This document shows, one piece after another, positions 61,855 to 64,000 of a stretch of 64,000 nucleotides of DNA. This DNA is from Candidatus Sumerlaeaceae bacterium (GTDB taxonomy: Bacteria > Sumerlaeota > Sumerlaeia > Sumerlaeales > Sumerlaeaceae), in contig JBMFRB010000006.1 in the NCBI GenBank assembly GCA_049968255.1, forward strand, positions 190,207 to 254,206. Direction: 5' to 3'. How positions within the stretch are numbered: the stretch's first letter is position 1; every line of letters starts with the position of its first letter. Position numbers and translations under genes: made by a program. Under the pieces are notes generated by a model. That model saw only the letters and a list, made by a program, of their open reading frames with translations. It ran no database searches and was not told the DNA's origin.

Positions 61855-62463
61855 ATGCGAGAGATTTTACTGGCCACAACAAACTCGGGGAAGCTCCGGG
61901 AACTGGAAAGGATTCTCGGCAAGACGCAAGGTGTTGGGCTTCTCACGGCACGGGACTTTCCGGAGATCGAGGCGCCCGAAGAGACAGGCACAACTTTTGA
62001 GGACAACGCAAGGCTCAAAGCTCTTTATTACGCGGAGCGCACGGGTTTGGCCTGCGTGGCAGACGATTCGGGGTTGGTCGTGGACGCCCTCGGTGGCCGC
62101 CCCGGCGTGATGTCGTCTCGCTACGCACCAACGGATGCCGAACGTATCAGCAAGCTGCTCGCTGAAATGCGCGATGTGCCAGATATCCAGCGTACGGCAC
62201 GGTTTGTGTGCGCTGCGGCGTTTGCGCTGCCTTGCCCCACGCCGCACATCGTGGCACTGACGCGTGGCGAATTAGAAGGCAGCATCGCGCATGAGCCGCG
62301 CGGGACGCATGGTTTCGGGTTCGATCCTGTTTTCTATGTGGCAGAGCTTGGCTGCCATCTTGCCGAAGTTGCCACCGACGTGAAAAACACTATCAGTCAC
62401 CGGGCGCGAGCATTGTCTCAACTGCGGCCGTATTTACAAGAGTGGCTTCTCAGGCGGTCCTAA
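61855..62463 (+). CDS. rdgB: dITP/XTP pyrophosphatase
   Basis: LATTNSGKLRE, ADDSGL, PGV.S.RY, GFGFDP, SHR motifs. Confidence 0.94.
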   Translation: MREILLATTNSGKLRELERILGKTQGVGLLTARDFPEIEAPEETGTTFEDNARLKALYYAERTGLACVADDSGLVVDALGGRPGVMSSRYAPTDAERISKLLAEMRDVPDIQRTARFVCAAAFALPCPTPHIVALTRGELEGSIAHEPRGTHGFGFDPVFYVAELGCHLAEVATDVKNTISHRARALSQLRPYLQEWLLRRS

Positions 62464-62565
62464 TGTTTTCCGCTTGATGAGATTGCGTGCCAGGCCTTGG
62501 TTCAAGACGAAGGGAAAGAAAGCTAAGTGTTTGAGATTTCTCCCTGGCGAAAGGGTTATCCTCTT

Positions 62566-63711
62566 ATGAGTATTCGCGTGGGAATTATCGGATGCGGCGG
62601 GATTGCAGGGCAGCATGCGCGAGGCTACGCTACCTGTCCGGATGTAGAAATTGTTGCGTGCGCAGACATTTCGCTCGAACGCGCGCAACAATTTGCTGCA
62701 GAGTTTAGCGTCCCCCGTGCGTACAGCGATTATCGCACAATGTTAGCACATGAGAAACTCGATGCGGTTTCCGTCTGCACCCCCAATTACGCGCATTGCG
62801 AACCAACGGTGGCCGCGCTAGAAGCCGGCGTTCATGTGCTGTGCGAGAAGCCGATGGCCATGAGCGTAGCGGAAGCGCAACGGATGGTTGAAGCGGCGCA
62901 CAGGACCAAAAGAATGCTGACGGTGGGGCACCATTTCCGATTTGTGCCATTCATTCGATTCATCAAACGGCGCATTGACGAGGGCTTGCTGGGCGACATT
63001 TATTTCGGGCGTTCGCACGCGTTACGTCGTCGAGGCGTGCCTGGATGGGGCGAATTTCACATCCGCGATAAATCGGGCGGTGGGCCGCTTATTGATATTG
63101 GCGTGCACGCGCTCGATTGCATTCTTTGGCTGATGGGCAGTCCGCAGCCGGTCACGGTCACGGGCAAAACCTACACAATGTTTGGCAATCGGACGTCGTT
63201 TTTCTCGGCATGGGGCGAATACAAGCGCGAGGATTTCGACGTCGAGGACTTTGCAGTGGGCTTCGTGCGTTTTTCCAATGGGGCCACACTGAGCCTGGCA
63301 GCTAGTTGGGCAGCTCACATTGAGGAAAACGAGGATTTCTCGCAGTTGGTTTTGGGCGACCGAGGCGGTGTGATGTTGAGACCGTTCGGTGTTGGTGCTG
63401 GCGTCAGGATTCTCAGCTCCCGCGAGGAGGCGCTGCTCGACGTTATTCCCTCAGGGTTTCCAGAAAAGCATCCGCACATTGAAGAAATTCAGCACTGGGT
63501 GGCCTGCCTGCGCGGCGAAGCCGAGATACTTGTTAAGCCCGAGGAGTGCCTAAATGTGCAACGCATCATCGAAGGAGTATACCGTTCAAGCGAGCTGGGG
63601 CGCGAAATGCGTGTCGAAGAGCTCGCGCCATCACGGCGTGCGGAACCCTCCCGGCAGCAGACGGCATCATCTTCGAAGAATAGAGGCCGCGGTGGACGCC
63701 GACGGTCCTAG
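62566..63711 (+). CDS. Gfo/Idh/MocA oxidoreductase
   Basis: GIIGCGGIA, VCTPN..H, VLCEKPMA, GGGPLIDIGVH. Confidence 0.93.
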   Translation: MSIRVGIIGCGGIAGQHARGYATCPDVEIVACADISLERAQQFAAEFSVPRAYSDYRTMLAHEKLDAVSVCTPNYAHCEPTVAALEAGVHVLCEKPMAMSVAEAQRMVEAAHRTKRMLTVGHHFRFVPFIRFIKRRIDEGLLGDIYFGRSHALRRRGVPGWGEFHIRDKSGGGPLIDIGVHALDCILWLMGSPQPVTVTGKTYTMFGNRTSFFSAWGEYKREDFDVEDFAVGFVRFSNGATLSLAASWAAHIEENEDFSQLVLGDRGGVMLRPFGVGAGVRILSSREEALLDVIPSGFPEKHPHIEEIQHWVACLRGEAEILVKPEECLNVQRIIEGVYRSSELGREMRVEELAPSRRAEPSRQQTASSSKNRGRGGRRRS

Positions 63712-63846
63712 GCGCCGCGCTTTCGCAGGGGCACTATCAGCAAGTCAACGAATTAATAGTTTATTTGTTTGGTGGAAAAAGCTTGAACACACGAGTTCCG
63801 TTTTTGTGACGTATTAGTGTGGGGCAGAATTTCAGAGCATTTCCTT

Positions 63847-63888
63847 GGGGCGCCTCATTCGTCCCGTGCACGGCGACAAGGCGCCCCC
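63847..63888. terminator. GC-rich hairpin downstream of the partial minus-strand gene
   Basis: GGGGCGCCT...AGGCGCCCC outer stem with inner CCGTGCACGG; no strong U-tract. Confidence 0.35.
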
Positions 63889-63893
63889 CTCTT

Positions 63894-64000
63894 TTAGTAG
63901 AACTCCCACTCGCTGACGGCACTCACGGCATCGAGATGATAGCCAAAGAGGTAGTCGCCGAGAATCCATCCCTCAGTGGCGGCCGTGTTATTCGGTAGCG
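63894..64000 (-). CDS. 3' end of a gene entering from the right edge (not in the ORF track)
   Basis: Manual translation of the minus strand: ...LPNNTAATEGWILGDYLFGYHLDAVSAVSEWEFY-stop (TAA at 63894-63896). Confidence 0.55.
   Translation of the reverse strand, partial: LPNNTAATEGWILGDYLFGYHLDAVSAVSEWEFY

Noticed and set aside
60057-62000. 647-aa plus-strand ORF (also 57934-59496 and 48964-50211 on the minus strand)
   Set aside because: They lie opposite well-supported genes and have no recognisable domains.

Overview
A gene-dense, GC-rich bacterial chromosome segment, probably from an anaerobic or facultatively anaerobic fermenter. Gene content and a C-terminal 'AVSEWEFY' tail tentatively suggest a Sumerlaeota/BRC1-like lineage (inference only). 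Housekeeping genes include ruvC, hemW, metY-metX-metW, maeB, pyrR, queD, grpE, an LD-carboxypeptidase, rdgB, tRNA-Gln(UUG) and tRNA-Thr(UGU). They are interspersed with several GT-C/WaaL-like membrane proteins, Pro/Thr-rich exported proteins, a Tro-type Mn/Zn/Fe ABC transporter and an HD-GYP protein. Two H2/redox modules dominate. (1) A minus-strand cluster ending beside tRNA-Thr: corrinoid protein, Rex-family repressor, hydC-hydB-hydA (trimeric bifurcating-type [FeFe]-hydrogenase), PAS-containing sensory hydrogenase HydS and a PP2C phosphatase. (2) A plus-strand cluster: Rrf2 regulator, hdrC-hdrB-hdrA, mvhD-mvhG-mvhA (group 3c [NiFe]) and a maturation protease. The strongest unannotated signal is regulatory. 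The rex gene is flanked by repeated GAGAA-N4-TTCTC palindromes (Rex geometry, altered half-sites) and its protein has an altered DNA-binding wing. The Hdr-Mvh promoter instead carries two tandem canonical TTGTGAA-N4-TTCACAA Rex boxes plus a possible Rrf2 site. This suggests two Rex specificities controlling H2 production versus H2 use. I saw no CRISPR array, integrase, transposase or rRNA. All calls come from reading the sequence and translations; no searches were run.
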